From contig CALRAL010000003.1 of assembly GCA_943350875.1 (NCBI GenBank), positions 25,174 through 89,173 of the forward strand: a stretch of DNA of 64,000 nucleotides. Direction: 5' to 3'. Numbering within the stretch: position 1 is the stretch's first letter; each line of letters opens with the position of its first letter. This stretch comes from Candidatus Nomurabacteria bacterium (GTDB taxonomy: Bacteria; Patescibacteriota; Minisyncoccia; Phycocordibacterales; UBA9973). Positions 21,212 to 30,143 of this stretch are shown in pieces. The position numbers and the translations under genes were made by a program. The notes under the pieces were generated by a model, which saw only the letters and a list, made by a program, of their open reading frames with translations, was not told the DNA's origin and did no database searches.

Positions 21212-21302
21212 TCGACACGCATAATTTTCTGCTGAAAATTTGCTATGCTCGGCCCAGTCGGCCTGTGCAATGTCTCTCAAAAACTGTGATTTCAAGAAAA
21301 AC
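21186..21302. repeat. ~117-bp foldback element overlapping the MBL stop codon, upstream of glyA
   Basis: AGTTTTCTT..ATCAC..TTTTTGA..GACA pairs with TGTC..TCAAAAA..GTGAT..AAGAAAACT; two internal hairpins. Confidence 0.55.
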
Positions 21303-21326
21303 TATAATTTATGATACAATAAAAAC

Positions 21327-22523
21327 ATGCAAGACAAACAAGTGGAAAAATTAATAAAAGATGAGGCAAAAAGGCAGAAAAGCGTCATAAATCTCATAGC
21401 TTCTGAGAACTATGTTTCCAAGGATATTTTACAAGCCTTGGGCTCAGAATTGACCAATAAATATGCAGAAGGGTACCCTGGGAGGCGATATTACGGAGGT
21501 AACACTATCATTGATAAAGTTGAGAATTTGGCCATTTCTCGTGCCTTAAAATTGTTCAAGTTAAAACCTGAGGATTGGCATGTGAATGTGCAACTCCTAT
21601 CTGGTAGCCCTGCGAACTTTGCTCTATATTCCGCTCTTGTATCCCCAGAATTTGATAAAGAAGGCAAACCAACAAAAAAAATCATGGGTATGAAATTGAC
21701 TTCTGGTGGGCACCTTACTCACGGACATCCGCTTTCGATAACTGGTAAACTCTGGAAATCAATCCAGTTCGAATTAGATCCTGTGACTCAAATGATTGAT
21801 TATGAAAAATTAAAAGCTTTGGCTGTGGCAGAAAAGCCAGATATCATAGTGGCTGGATTTACTGCGTATCCTCGTTTTGTAGATTTTAAAAAATTTAGAG
21901 AAATTGCAGATGTGTCAGATTCTTTGCTCCATGTAGATATGTCTCACTTTGCAGGACTCGTGGCAGGGGGAGTGTATCCTTCGCCATTTCCTTATGCCGA
22001 TAGTGTGATGACAACTACTCACAAATCTCTCCGCGGTCCAAGGCAAGCTATTTTATTTGTGAAAAAAGATGAACGTGGATTTGATAAGAAATTAGACAAA
22101 ATGGTTATTCCAGGACTTTTTGGTGGCCCTCATGAGAACAATATTGCAGGTGTAGCTATAGCTCTCAAAGAAGATGATACTCCGGCTTTCAAAAAATATG
22201 CAAAGCAAGTCGTGAAAAATGCGCAGACTCTTGCGAAAGGATTACAGAAATTAGGTTGGAAGATTATTTCTGGCGGGACTGATTCACATTTGATATTAAT
22301 GGATACTTTTTCTTCAAAAGGTATCTCTGGAAAAGAAGCGAGTGAAAAATTAGAAAAGGCAGGAATAATAGTAAATATGAATACTGTGCCAGGGGATACA
22401 CGCAGTGTCATGGACCCTTCTGGTATTCGTCTTGGCACTTGCGCAGAAACTACTCGTGGAAAGAAAGAAAAAGATATGCTCAAAATTGCCCAGAAAATAG
22501 ATAAAATTTTAAAAGGGAAATAA
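21327..22523 (+). CDS. glyA: Serine hydroxymethyltransferase
   Basis: LIASEN, NKYAEGYPG, GGHLTHG, TTTHKSLRGPR. Confidence 0.97.
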   Translation: MQDKQVEKLIKDEAKRQKSVINLIASENYVSKDILQALGSELTNKYAEGYPGRRYYGGNTIIDKVENLAISRALKLFKLKPEDWHVNVQLLSGSPANFALYSALVSPEFDKEGKPTKKIMGMKLTSGGHLTHGHPLSITGKLWKSIQFELDPVTQMIDYEKLKALAVAEKPDIIVAGFTAYPRFVDFKKFREIADVSDSLLHVDMSHFAGLVAGGVYPSPFPYADSVMTTTHKSLRGPRQAILFVKKDERGFDKKLDKMVIPGLFGGPHENNIAGVAIALKEDDTPAFKKYAKQVVKNAQTLAKGLQKLGWKIISGGTDSHLILMDTFSSKGISGKEASEKLEKAGIIVNMNTVPGDTRSVMDPSGIRLGTCAETTRGKKEKDMLKIAQKIDKILKGK

Positions 22524-22527
22524 AAAT

Positions 22528-23220
22528 ATGATAAAAAGTGGCAAATTGATTGTGATAGACGGTACGGATGGGAGCGGGAAGACTACTCAGGCAGAATTGT
22601 TGATAAAACATCTAAAAGCAAATAAGCAAAAAGCAAAGTTTATTCATTTTCCACGATACGAAGATAATTTCTTTGGTAAATTCATAGCTCATTGTCTTTC
22701 TGAACAATATTACAATTGGGTAAATATTCACCCTAAAATAGCCAGCATTGCATATGCAGCTGATAGATGGGAGTCTTCAGAGAAAATCAAAAATTGGATA
22801 AAGAAAGGATATACAGTGGTTATGGATAGATATGTCTCTTCAAATCAAATACATCAAGGTGGTAAGATCGCTAATGTGAAGAAAAGAGAAGCATTTATAA
22901 AGTGGCTTGCTGAATTAGAGTATAAAGTTTTTAAAATTCCGGAACCAGATATGACTGTGTATTTGTCTTTACCCATCGAGATAGTTTTAAAATTAATAAA
23001 AAGCAGGGATTACAAAGGAGCCCGGGTATATCTAAACAGCAAAAAAGATGTTCATGAAAAGGACAAGAACTTTTTGAAGAATTCTATCAATAGCGCATTC
23101 TGGCTTTCTAAAACCCAGAAGAATTGGATAAAGATTGATTGTTCAAAGAATGGAGAGATTTTACCACGTGAAGAAATTCATGAGATGATTTATGAAAAAG
23201 TTAAAAAGATTATAAAATAA
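22528..23220 (+). CDS. tmk: Thymidylate kinase
   Basis: DGTDGSGKTTQ P-loop, FPRY, MDRYVSS. Confidence 0.92.
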   Translation: MIKSGKLIVIDGTDGSGKTTQAELLIKHLKANKQKAKFIHFPRYEDNFFGKFIAHCLSEQYYNWVNIHPKIASIAYAADRWESSEKIKNWIKKGYTVVMDRYVSSNQIHQGGKIANVKKREAFIKWLAELEYKVFKIPEPDMTVYLSLPIEIVLKLIKSRDYKGARVYLNSKKDVHEKDKNFLKNSINSAFWLSKTQKNWIKIDCSKNGEILPREEIHEMIYEKVKKIIK

Positions 23221-23225
23221 ATGAA

Positions 23226-23345
23226 TCCCGTTAGAAATCATATAGTTAAGTTATGTTTCTTGGAAAAAATAAATTATGAATTATATAAAAATCATTATTA
23301 ATAAGTTAACTACGGAAATCTAAAGATTTCCTATTTCTAACGGGA
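23226..23345. mobile_element. 120-bp MITE-like element with perfect 13-bp TIRs and 4-bp TGAA flanking duplication
   Basis: TGAA|TCCCGTTAGAAAT...ATTTCTAACGGGA|TGAA. Confidence 0.8.
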
Positions 23346-23779
23346 TGAAACTAAAAATTAAAAAATTAAAAGAAGGGGCGAAGTTACCAACACATGGACA
23401 CCCAGGAGACGCAGGGATAGATATTTATGCGCTTGGAGAAGTGATTTTTTTACCCCATGAACAGAAACGGGTATATACCGGAATTGCATTTGAAATTCCT
23501 GAAGGGTATGTGGGTTTGGTGTGGGACAAGTCCAGTATTTCTTTCAATAAAAGTCTTAAAATTATGGGAGGAGTTATTGATGCCTGTTTTCGAGGAGAAT
23601 TTGTCGCTTCAATGGTGAATCTGTCGGATCAAAAACAAGTCATTGAAAAGGGTCAAAAATTTACTCAAATGGTTATACAGAAATTCGAGCATTGTGATAT
23701 TGTAGAGGTAGATAAATTGTCAGAAACTGCAAGAGGAGAAGGTAGAGAAGGGAGTACTGGTCATATGCACAAGGAATAG
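23345..23779 (+). CDS. dut: dUTP diphosphatase (trimeric)
   Basis: DAGID, DKSS, GVIDACFRGE, RGEGREGSTG. Confidence 0.92.
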   Translation: MKLKIKKLKEGAKLPTHGHPGDAGIDIYALGEVIFLPHEQKRVYTGIAFEIPEGYVGLVWDKSSISFNKSLKIMGGVIDACFRGEFVASMVNLSDQKQVIEKGQKFTQMVIQKFEHCDIVEVDKLSETARGEGREGSTGHMHKE

Positions 23780-23780
23780 A

Positions 23781-25583
23781 ATGATAAAAGAAAAAATAGA
23801 AAAATTAATAAAAGATGCGTTGAAAAGTCTCGGTCTCGAAGATCTTAATTTTGTGGTAGAACATCCAGAGGATTTGAAGAATGGAGATTATTCTACAAAT
23901 GTAGCAATGGTTTGTGCTAAAAATCTAAAAACAAATCCTAGAGAATTGGCAGAAAATATAGTTGCCGAGTTAAAAAACTCTCCCCTTGCCAAGGGGGAGG
24001 TTGGAGGGGGTCTAATACATGAAATTCAAATAGCCGGTGCTGGGTTTATCAATTTTTATCTTTCTCGTGAATTTTTTTCAAACTCCATAAAAGAAATCCT
24101 AGAACAAAAAGAAAATTGGGGTAAAAATAGTTTCCTTGCGGGGAAAAAGGTAATGGTGGAATATACAGACCCAAATCCTTTTAAACCTTTTCATATCGGG
24201 CATTTGATGAGTAATGCTATAGGTGAATCAATATCAAGAATTTTTGAATTCTCTGGAGCACATACTGTTCGTGCAAATTATCAGGGTGATGTAGGGCTTC
24301 ATGTGGCCAAAGCAATATATGGGATTTTGAATGACCCTCTCGCCTTCGACACTCCCCCTTGGCAGGAGGAGATTGGAACGATGCCTGCTTCTGTGCAGGC
24401 AGACTATATTGGGCGATTCTATGCAAAAGGCAGTGATGCTTATGAAAGTGATGAAAAAGCAAAAAATGAAATTGATGAAATAAATAAAAAAGTTTATGAA
24501 AAAAGTGACGATGAAATAAATAAAATATATAATTGGGGTAGAAGAGTCACATTAGAGGCTTTTGAAGAAATATATAAAGTTCTTGGAACAAAATTCAAAT
24601 ATTACTTTTTTGAAAGCGAGATGGCGCCTATTGGCAATAAAATAGTCCGTGCAAATATGAGTAAAATTTTTGAAGAATCAGATAACGCAATAATTTTTCA
24701 TGCCGAAACATACGATCCAAAACTCCACACTCGTGTATTTGTAACTTCAAAGAATTTACCTACATATGAAGCAAAAGAAATTGGCTTAACATTCACAAAG
24801 TTTGAAAAAGAAAATCCAGATATTTCTGTAGTAGTGACAGCACACGAGCAAGCTGAATATATGAAAGTTGTAGCGAAAGCCATCTCACTAATACACCCTG
24901 AATACGAAAACAGGATGAAACACATCACTCATGGTATGATGCGCCTAGCCTCGGGCAAGATGTCTTCTCGAAAGGGAAATGTGGTCACCGGTGAATCCCT
25001 TTTGCATGATTCGATAGATACGATAAAAGAAAAAATATCCGCCCGAGGCGGACCAGCCTTGGGCTGGAAAGAAGTAGAAGTTCAAGAAGTTTCAGAATCT
25101 GTGGGAGTATCGGCGCTTAAATATTCAATTCTTCGTTCCTCAATGGGTTCTGATATAGTTTATGATTTTGAGAAGTCCATTTCGTTTGAAGGTGATTCTG
25201 GGCCATATCTGCAATATTCTGCAATTCGTGCGAAATCAGTTTTAGCAAAAGCTGGCGATACCAACTTTGGCGGGAAAAGGTCAGACCTTAAGAATTTAGA
25301 AAGGTCTGTCCTTGAGGAGCCAAAAGAAGTTTCAAATTTAGAAAAAACCCTATATCGTTTCCCCGAAGTTGTAGTTTTGTCATATCAAAAGTTTGAACCA
25401 CATCATATTGCAACATATCTGACAGAACTTGCCTCATCATTTAACACTTTTTACACAGAAACAAAAATAATAAACGAAGCAGATAAATATTCACCATATT
25501 ATCTTGCATTGACCAAAGCATTTCTACAAACAATACAAAACGGCCTTTGGCTCCTTGGCATCACTCTGCCAGAGAAGATGTAA
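23781..25583 (+). CDS. argS: Arginine--tRNA ligase, with four palindromic inserts
   Basis: GDYSTN, PNPFKPFHIGH, KMSSRKG, GDSGPYLQY, C-terminal PEKM. Confidence 0.97.
   Translation: MIKEKIEKLIKDALKSLGLEDLNFVVEHPEDLKNGDYSTNVAMVCAKNLKTNPRELAENIVAELKNSPLAKGEVGGGLIHEIQIAGAGFINFYLSREFFSNSIKEILEQKENWGKNSFLAGKKVMVEYTDPNPFKPFHIGHLMSNAIGESISRIFEFSGAHTVRANYQGDVGLHVAKAIYGILNDPLAFDTPPWQEEIGTMPASVQADYIGRFYAKGSDAYESDEKAKNEIDEINKKVYEKSDDEINKIYNWGRRVTLEAFEEIYKVLGTKFKYYFFESEMAPIGNKIVRANMSKIFEESDNAIIFHAETYDPKLHTRVFVTSKNLPTYEAKEIGLTFTKFEKENPDISVVVTAHEQAEYMKVVAKAISLIHPEYENRMKHITHGMMRLASGKMSSRKGNVVTGESLLHDSIDTIKEKISARGGPALGWKEVEVQEVSESVGVSALKYSILRSSMGSDIVYDFEKSISFEGDSGPYLQYSAIRAKSVLAKAGDTNFGGKRSDLKNLERSVLEEPKEVSNLEKTLYRFPEVVVLSYQKFEPHHIATYLTELASSFNTFYTETKIINEADKYSPYYLALTKAFLQTIQNGLWLLGITLPEKM
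23980..24012 (+). repeat. Family D left-half element in argS (SPLAKGEVGGG)
   Basis: CTCCCCTT-GCC-AAGGGGGAG-GTTGGAGGGGGTC. Confidence 0.7.
24333..24371 (+). repeat. Family D right-half element in argS (DPLAFDTPPWQEE)
   Basis: ...CTCGCCTTCGACACTCCCCCTTGGCAGGAGGAG; the hairpin is close to the reverse complement of 23980-23999. Confidence 0.7.
25038..25067 (+). repeat. 30-bp twin-hairpin element, family C, in argS (SARGGPALGW)
   Basis: TCCGCC-CGA-GGCGGA-CCAGCC-TTG-GGCTGG. Confidence 0.9.
25266..25324 (-). repeat. Family B element in argS (FGGKRSDLKNLERSVLEEPK)
   Basis: TTTGGCGGGAAAAGG-TCAGA-CCTT...AAGG-TCTGT-CCTTGAGGAGCCAAA. Confidence 0.88.
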
Positions 25584-25644
25584 TCTTGTAAAAGTTATCC
25601 CCGTTTTTGTTGTGTATTAGTGGTAGACCTGTATAATTGGACTA

Positions 25645-28600
25645 ATGCGTACAAACAAGACGTTTAGTTTCCTGTTTGTGTTTTTTATTTTTCTCAGCAT
25701 TTTCTATATTTTTACTCCGAAAGTTTACGCTAATTCTCCGACCATTGTGACGAATAATATTACGGAAAATATAACTTGGAATTTAGAAGGAAGTCCATAT
25801 TTAGTGGTTGATCATATCACTGTAATTCGGGGTGTGACCCTTACTATAGATGCAGGAGTTGTTGTTAAATTTGACGACAACTCCATCGCTGTTTTAGGTA
25901 CCATAAATGTAAATGGTACTTCTGGCTTACCAGTATTTTTTACTTCGTATTATGATGATACAGTTAGTGGTAGTATTGATGATAAAGAATCTTGTTATGA
26001 AAATATAGATGAGGAAGGTAATGACTTAGGTGAAATTTGTGAAACCTACGATCTGGGCGATCCATCTTTTGAGGATTGGCATGGAATTTTTGTAAGTGAT
26101 ATAACAGGTGCTAGCAATTTCTCTTATGCTAATTTTAGCTATGCTAGAACTGCCTTATTTTTAGATAGTAATCCTTCATTTACAGCGGACGATATAAATA
26201 TCAATGAAGCCAAGAGTGGTATTACCATTAGTAAAAGCACAGCTAATTTTTCAAATTTAAAGGAAAATAATGTTTCTTCTGATGGTTTGGTAATTTATGA
26301 TCATGGCATTGTCACTTTGGATGGTTTTATAAATGCTGGTAGTCGTGATGCAGTGAGTGTTTATAATACGAGCTCTCTTACACTAAAAAATGCTAGCATT
26401 TCAAGTGCCTTCGGTGATAGTATAGCTATTTTTAATGATAGTAGTTTAATTTCGACCAATGTAATGATAAGTGAATCATTCCACAATTCTCTAGCCATTT
26501 TTAATAACAGTAAGGCAGTTTTTAATAATAGTAAAATCACTAATGGTCAATATATCTTTAATGCTGTTGCGGTTTTTAATGATTCTTCACTTTCAGCGGA
26601 TAAGACTATTTTTGATGGAGGTTTAAGTGGCGGTATTGAAATTTTTAATAGTTCTAAGCTAATACTGACGCATTCTGTCGTGAAGAATTTTCTAACAGCA
26701 GGTATCGAAGATTATGGAAGTGAATTAAATTCCGAGCCTAATGTTATTTCTATTAATAATTCAAGCATCACAAACAATGATATAGGGCTAGACATTTATA
26801 ATGCACCTACTCGGACTCCTACTACACTCTTGGTTTCCAATAATATTATTTCAGACAATACTTCTTTTGGGGCACGGACTTTTAGTGAAATTATTGATGC
26901 ATCTTTTGAGAAGAATTGGTGGGGAGACAAAACTGGACCATACAATGACCCCTCGAATCCTGATGGCCTAGGTGATATGGTTTCCAGTCATATAGCCTTT
27001 ACTCCATGGTGTCTGAATAAATTCTGCTCTTTTCATGAGTCTGTGATAATCATCCCGGGGATAATGGGTTCAGAAATTGTAAAGAATTATGATGATTTTG
27101 GGGAAGTGTGGCCGAATGTCACGAAGCTAGTCCTTTCTTTCTTTGACGGCCACTTAGATGAGCTGATATTGAACCCTGACGGCACGGAGAGTGTAGACAG
27201 GCCAATGCTCGAGCCAGACATCATCCGGAAGACAGTCACGACAGATACATTTGATGGATTGATCAAAGAATTAACCGCTAATGGCTATGAAGAGGGCAAG
27301 GATTTATTTGTTTTCCCTTATGATTGGCGCAAAGATAATGCAGAGACAGCTCTAAAGTTGAAAGAGAAAATTGCAGAAGTGCTGAAGATAGATGGAGGGA
27401 CAAAGGTAGACATCGTTGCGCACTCGATGGGTGGCTTGGTAGCGAAGGCATACATTGCAGAGAACGGCGTCAGTAAAGTGGACCAGCTTTTCTTTGTAGG
27501 CACACCGCACCTGGGTGCGCCAAAGGCCTTCAAAGCTCTGATGTATGGAGATGATATGGGAATAAATACATTTTTTGGTTTTATACAACTTTTAAGTCCA
27601 AACAGAATAAGAGTAATTTCTCAAAATATGCCTGCAGTATATGAGCTCCTACCAAGTCGGAAATATGTGGATACTTTGGGTTTTAAATATGTAAAAGATT
27701 TATTTACTGGTTTCTTGTATGGAGCGGAACTTGCGAATTTGAATTATGCAGATACGCAGGCTTTGATGGTCAAAGATGGCAGGAATAAAGATATGTTTCT
27801 GATGGCGAATAGTTTACACGAGAGCATAGATAGTTTAGATTTATCCAAAATAGACGTTTATAACTTCATCGGCGCCGGCACGAAGACCTTGGGCAAGATA
27901 ATAATCAAAAACAAGAGGGAGAGGATGGGCTTCTTCTCCCTTTTCTCTCCAGACTATATGTTGGAGTATGTGAGTGGCGACAAGACAGTGCCGAAGGCCT
28001 CGGCGGAGGGCCAAATATATGGCAAGAAATATTACGTAGATAGCGTGTCACACTCAGAGCTTCCTTCATTCCAAAGTGTGAGAGATAAAATCTTGGAAAT
28101 ATTAAAGAAAGATACAGAGAAAGATTTAGCACATCTTTCAAAGAATCAGAAAGCGTACAATATATCTGGCAAAGTAGTGAGCTCACATGATTCTGTGGTG
28201 CTTCATATATATGATGACGCGGGGCACCATACAGGCCCAGTGGATGAAAAGGGTGTACCATCAAAGACGAATACTGGCCATATAGAACAGGGGATAAGCG
28301 GGGTGAGCTATGACCAGATAGGGGCAAATAGCTTTGCTTTCTTGCCAGCTGAGGGACATTATAAAGTAGTGAATTATACAGCAGAGGCTGATTCTACCGG
28401 ATATTACAATTTTTACATTGAAAACATAGACACAGATGATATAAAGACAAAAGAGACATATTGGGACCAAATACCTGTGAAAACTCCTGAGACTGTTTCT
28501 GAGATAGATGTAGTGGATGATGTAGCTATTCCAGATCCATCAATACCAGAAGCTTTACCTGTAATCCTTGTGGATAATGATGGCGATGGTGTTTTTGAGC

Positions 28601-29232
28601 AGAGCATCACTCCTTCTTCAGTGCTTGATACAGTACAGGCATCTGACTTGATTCCGCCAGTGGCTGTGGGCTCTGTAGTAGAGAATACTGTCTCTATTAT
28701 ATCTACCGATGAGAACTCGGGGGTATTAAAAACTGAATATTCTACAGACGGAGCGACTTGGCTGAAATATGAAATTCCTATTTTAGTAAAGCCTCATACT
28801 GACGGCACAGAGATAGTTTTCCAATATTTTTCTACTGATAAAGCGGGGAATGTGGGCGAAGTGAAGACTCTAAATATTCTACCATCAGTACCTGAAAAGG
28901 TAATTGCTCAAGATGTTGTGCCTGTAGTGCATAGTTCTGGAGGCGGACATGTGTTTTTGAATAATCAACCGAATATTCCCGTTTTAGTAACTGTAGTGCA
29001 AAATAAAGAAGAAGTGACAGAAAAAAAGCCGAAGGTCCCGACAACAGGAGGGATAAAAAAGAAGACCGTAAAAGTAGCTGTAACACCAAATATTCCTAAA
29101 AATAAAATAGAGCCGATAGACCTTACAGCTTCAGCGGGCAGTACGGGCACACATACGAATACAGTGCTACTTATCTCTGTCATAGGTGGTTCTGCAGTTT
29201 TGTTATTAGCTAAAAGGTTTATAAAAATGTAG
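25645..29232 (+). CDS. Large surface protein: beta-helix region, LCAT/PGAP1-like alpha/beta-hydrolase domain, C-terminal membrane anchor
   Basis: Signal peptide; S(I/L)A(I/V)FN repeats; IIIPGIMGS, PYDWR, VAHSMGG, GTPHLGAP, GDKTVP; C-terminal TM plus basic tail. Confidence 0.85.
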   Translation: MRTNKTFSFLFVFFIFLSIFYIFTPKVYANSPTIVTNNITENITWNLEGSPYLVVDHITVIRGVTLTIDAGVVVKFDDNSIAVLGTINVNGTSGLPVFFTSYYDDTVSGSIDDKESCYENIDEEGNDLGEICETYDLGDPSFEDWHGIFVSDITGASNFSYANFSYARTALFLDSNPSFTADDININEAKSGITISKSTANFSNLKENNVSSDGLVIYDHGIVTLDGFINAGSRDAVSVYNTSSLTLKNASISSAFGDSIAIFNDSSLISTNVMISESFHNSLAIFNNSKAVFNNSKITNGQYIFNAVAVFNDSSLSADKTIFDGGLSGGIEIFNSSKLILTHSVVKNFLTAGIEDYGSELNSEPNVISINNSSITNNDIGLDIYNAPTRTPTTLLVSNNIISDNTSFGARTFSEIIDASFEKNWWGDKTGPYNDPSNPDGLGDMVSSHIAFTPWCLNKFCSFHESVIIIPGIMGSEIVKNYDDFGEVWPNVTKLVLSFFDGHLDELILNPDGTESVDRPMLEPDIIRKTVTTDTFDGLIKELTANGYEEGKDLFVFPYDWRKDNAETALKLKEKIAEVLKIDGGTKVDIVAHSMGGLVAKAYIAENGVSKVDQLFFVGTPHLGAPKAFKALMYGDDMGINTFFGFIQLLSPNRIRVISQNMPAVYELLPSRKYVDTLGFKYVKDLFTGFLYGAELANLNYADTQALMVKDGRNKDMFLMANSLHESIDSLDLSKIDVYNFIGAGTKTLGKIIIKNKRERMGFFSLFSPDYMLEYVSGDKTVPKASAEGQIYGKKYYVDSVSHSELPSFQSVRDKILEILKKDTEKDLAHLSKNQKAYNISGKVVSSHDSVVLHIYDDAGHHTGPVDEKGVPSKTNTGHIEQGISGVSYDQIGANSFAFLPAEGHYKVVNYTAEADSTGYYNFYIENIDTDDIKTKETYWDQIPVKTPETVSEIDVVDDVAIPDPSIPEALPVILVDNDGDGVFEQSITPSSVLDTVQASDLIPPVAVGSVVENTVSIISTDENSGVLKTEYSTDGATWLKYEIPILVKPHTDGTEIVFQYFSTDKAGNVGEVKTLNILPSVPEKVIAQDVVPVVHSSGGGHVFLNNQPNIPVLVTVVQNKEEVTEKKPKVPTTGGIKKKTVKVAVTPNIPKNKIEPIDLTASAGSTGTHTNTVLLISVIGGSAVLLLAKRFIKM

Positions 29233-29241
29233 AATGCTATT

Positions 29242-29583
29242 ATGGCTGGAAAATTACAAAATTTATTTCATACTGAAACTTGGTGGGGTAAAACAATTTT
29301 TATTGTTTTAGTATATTCTATTTTCTGGTGTATTTCTTATGGAAGTATTCTTCTTATTCCAGAAGATACTTTCACTAATTCCAATAGTTATATGCCTTTT
29401 TTCTTATTTATTTATGTTGCAGTATTATTACCTATCTTGAGTTTATTTTTTACTTCTCGTATTAGAAAATCTATTTTTATAAAACATTATTATTTATTTA
29501 ATACCATTTTTATAATTTTATCTCTTCTCTTATTTTTTTACATTGATTTATTAAAGTCAATGCCTAATTGGTTTAATTTCTAA
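29242..29583 (+). CDS. Small membrane protein (about 3 TM helices)
   Basis: 113-aa hydrophobic ORF 9 bp after the lipase gene. Confidence 0.65.
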   Translation: MAGKLQNLFHTETWWGKTIFIVLVYSIFWCISYGSILLIPEDTFTNSNSYMPFFLFIYVAVLLPILSLFFTSRIRKSIFIKHYYLFNTIFIILSLLLFFYIDLLKSMPNWFNF

Positions 29584-29640
29584 TCCACTTTACTTTACTA
29601 AACTAAAGTAGATAGGAGGGGGGAATGGGAGTTTTTTTTA

Positions 29641-29690
29641 AAGGTCTTTCCTTGAAGGGGGAGCGTAGCGACGGGAAAGGTGAGGCCTTG
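29641..29690. repeat. Intergenic family B pair
   Basis: AAGG-TCTTT-CCTTG ... GGGAAAGG-TGAGG-CCTTG. Confidence 0.7.
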
Positions 29691-29715
29691 GGGAGTTTTG
29701 TGGTAGACTTAAGGG

Positions 29716-30009
29716 GTGAAGAAGAAACCATCAAAATTAAAGTCTACAAAAGACAGGGTTATCAAATATTGTATTCTTTGTAGTAGTAAAATTAAGGTTA
29801 TTTTATATACTGACCGTTCTTATGTGGGTGGGTATTATTTTGGTAAGATTCCAATGTCTACAAAAAAAGAATGGGCAAGAGTTATGAAACTTGGAACAAG
29901 GAAATCAAAAATAGGGAGTTTAGATATTCAAGTCTTAAAAGAAGATCCAAAACCATATAAATATTTTGAGTATTGGGAATGTTTGAAGTGTTGCACGGAT
30001 GCTATTTGA
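29716..30009 (+). CDS. Small putative zinc-binding protein
   Basis: CILC ... WECLKC pair; GTG start 6 nt after TGGTAGACT. Confidence 0.65.
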   Translation: MKKKPSKLKSTKDRVIKYCILCSSKIKVILYTDRSYVGGYYFGKIPMSTKKEWARVMKLGTRKSKIGSLDIQVLKEDPKPYKYFEYWECLKCCTDAI

Positions 30010-30143
30010 GCCTGTTTTTCTAGGTGTTTTTGTGGTAAAATGAATGTTTAATATAAAGAACAAATTAGATATCTAAAACTTATGATGATTACAAAATTGG
30101 TGAAAGTGGTTGGGATTTTAGTTAATAAACTTTTGAAATAATT

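Noticed and set aside
21251-21263. ZTP (pfl) riboswitch upstream of glyA
   Set aside because: The CCGACTGGGC-like motif is on the minus strand, and glyA has a -10 box 6 nt before its ATG, so this DNA is unlikely to be in its leader.
29592-29609. Chromosomal XerCD dif site
   Set aside because: The arms do not resemble known dif consensus sequences and there are three copies; kept only as a generic recombination/operator candidate.
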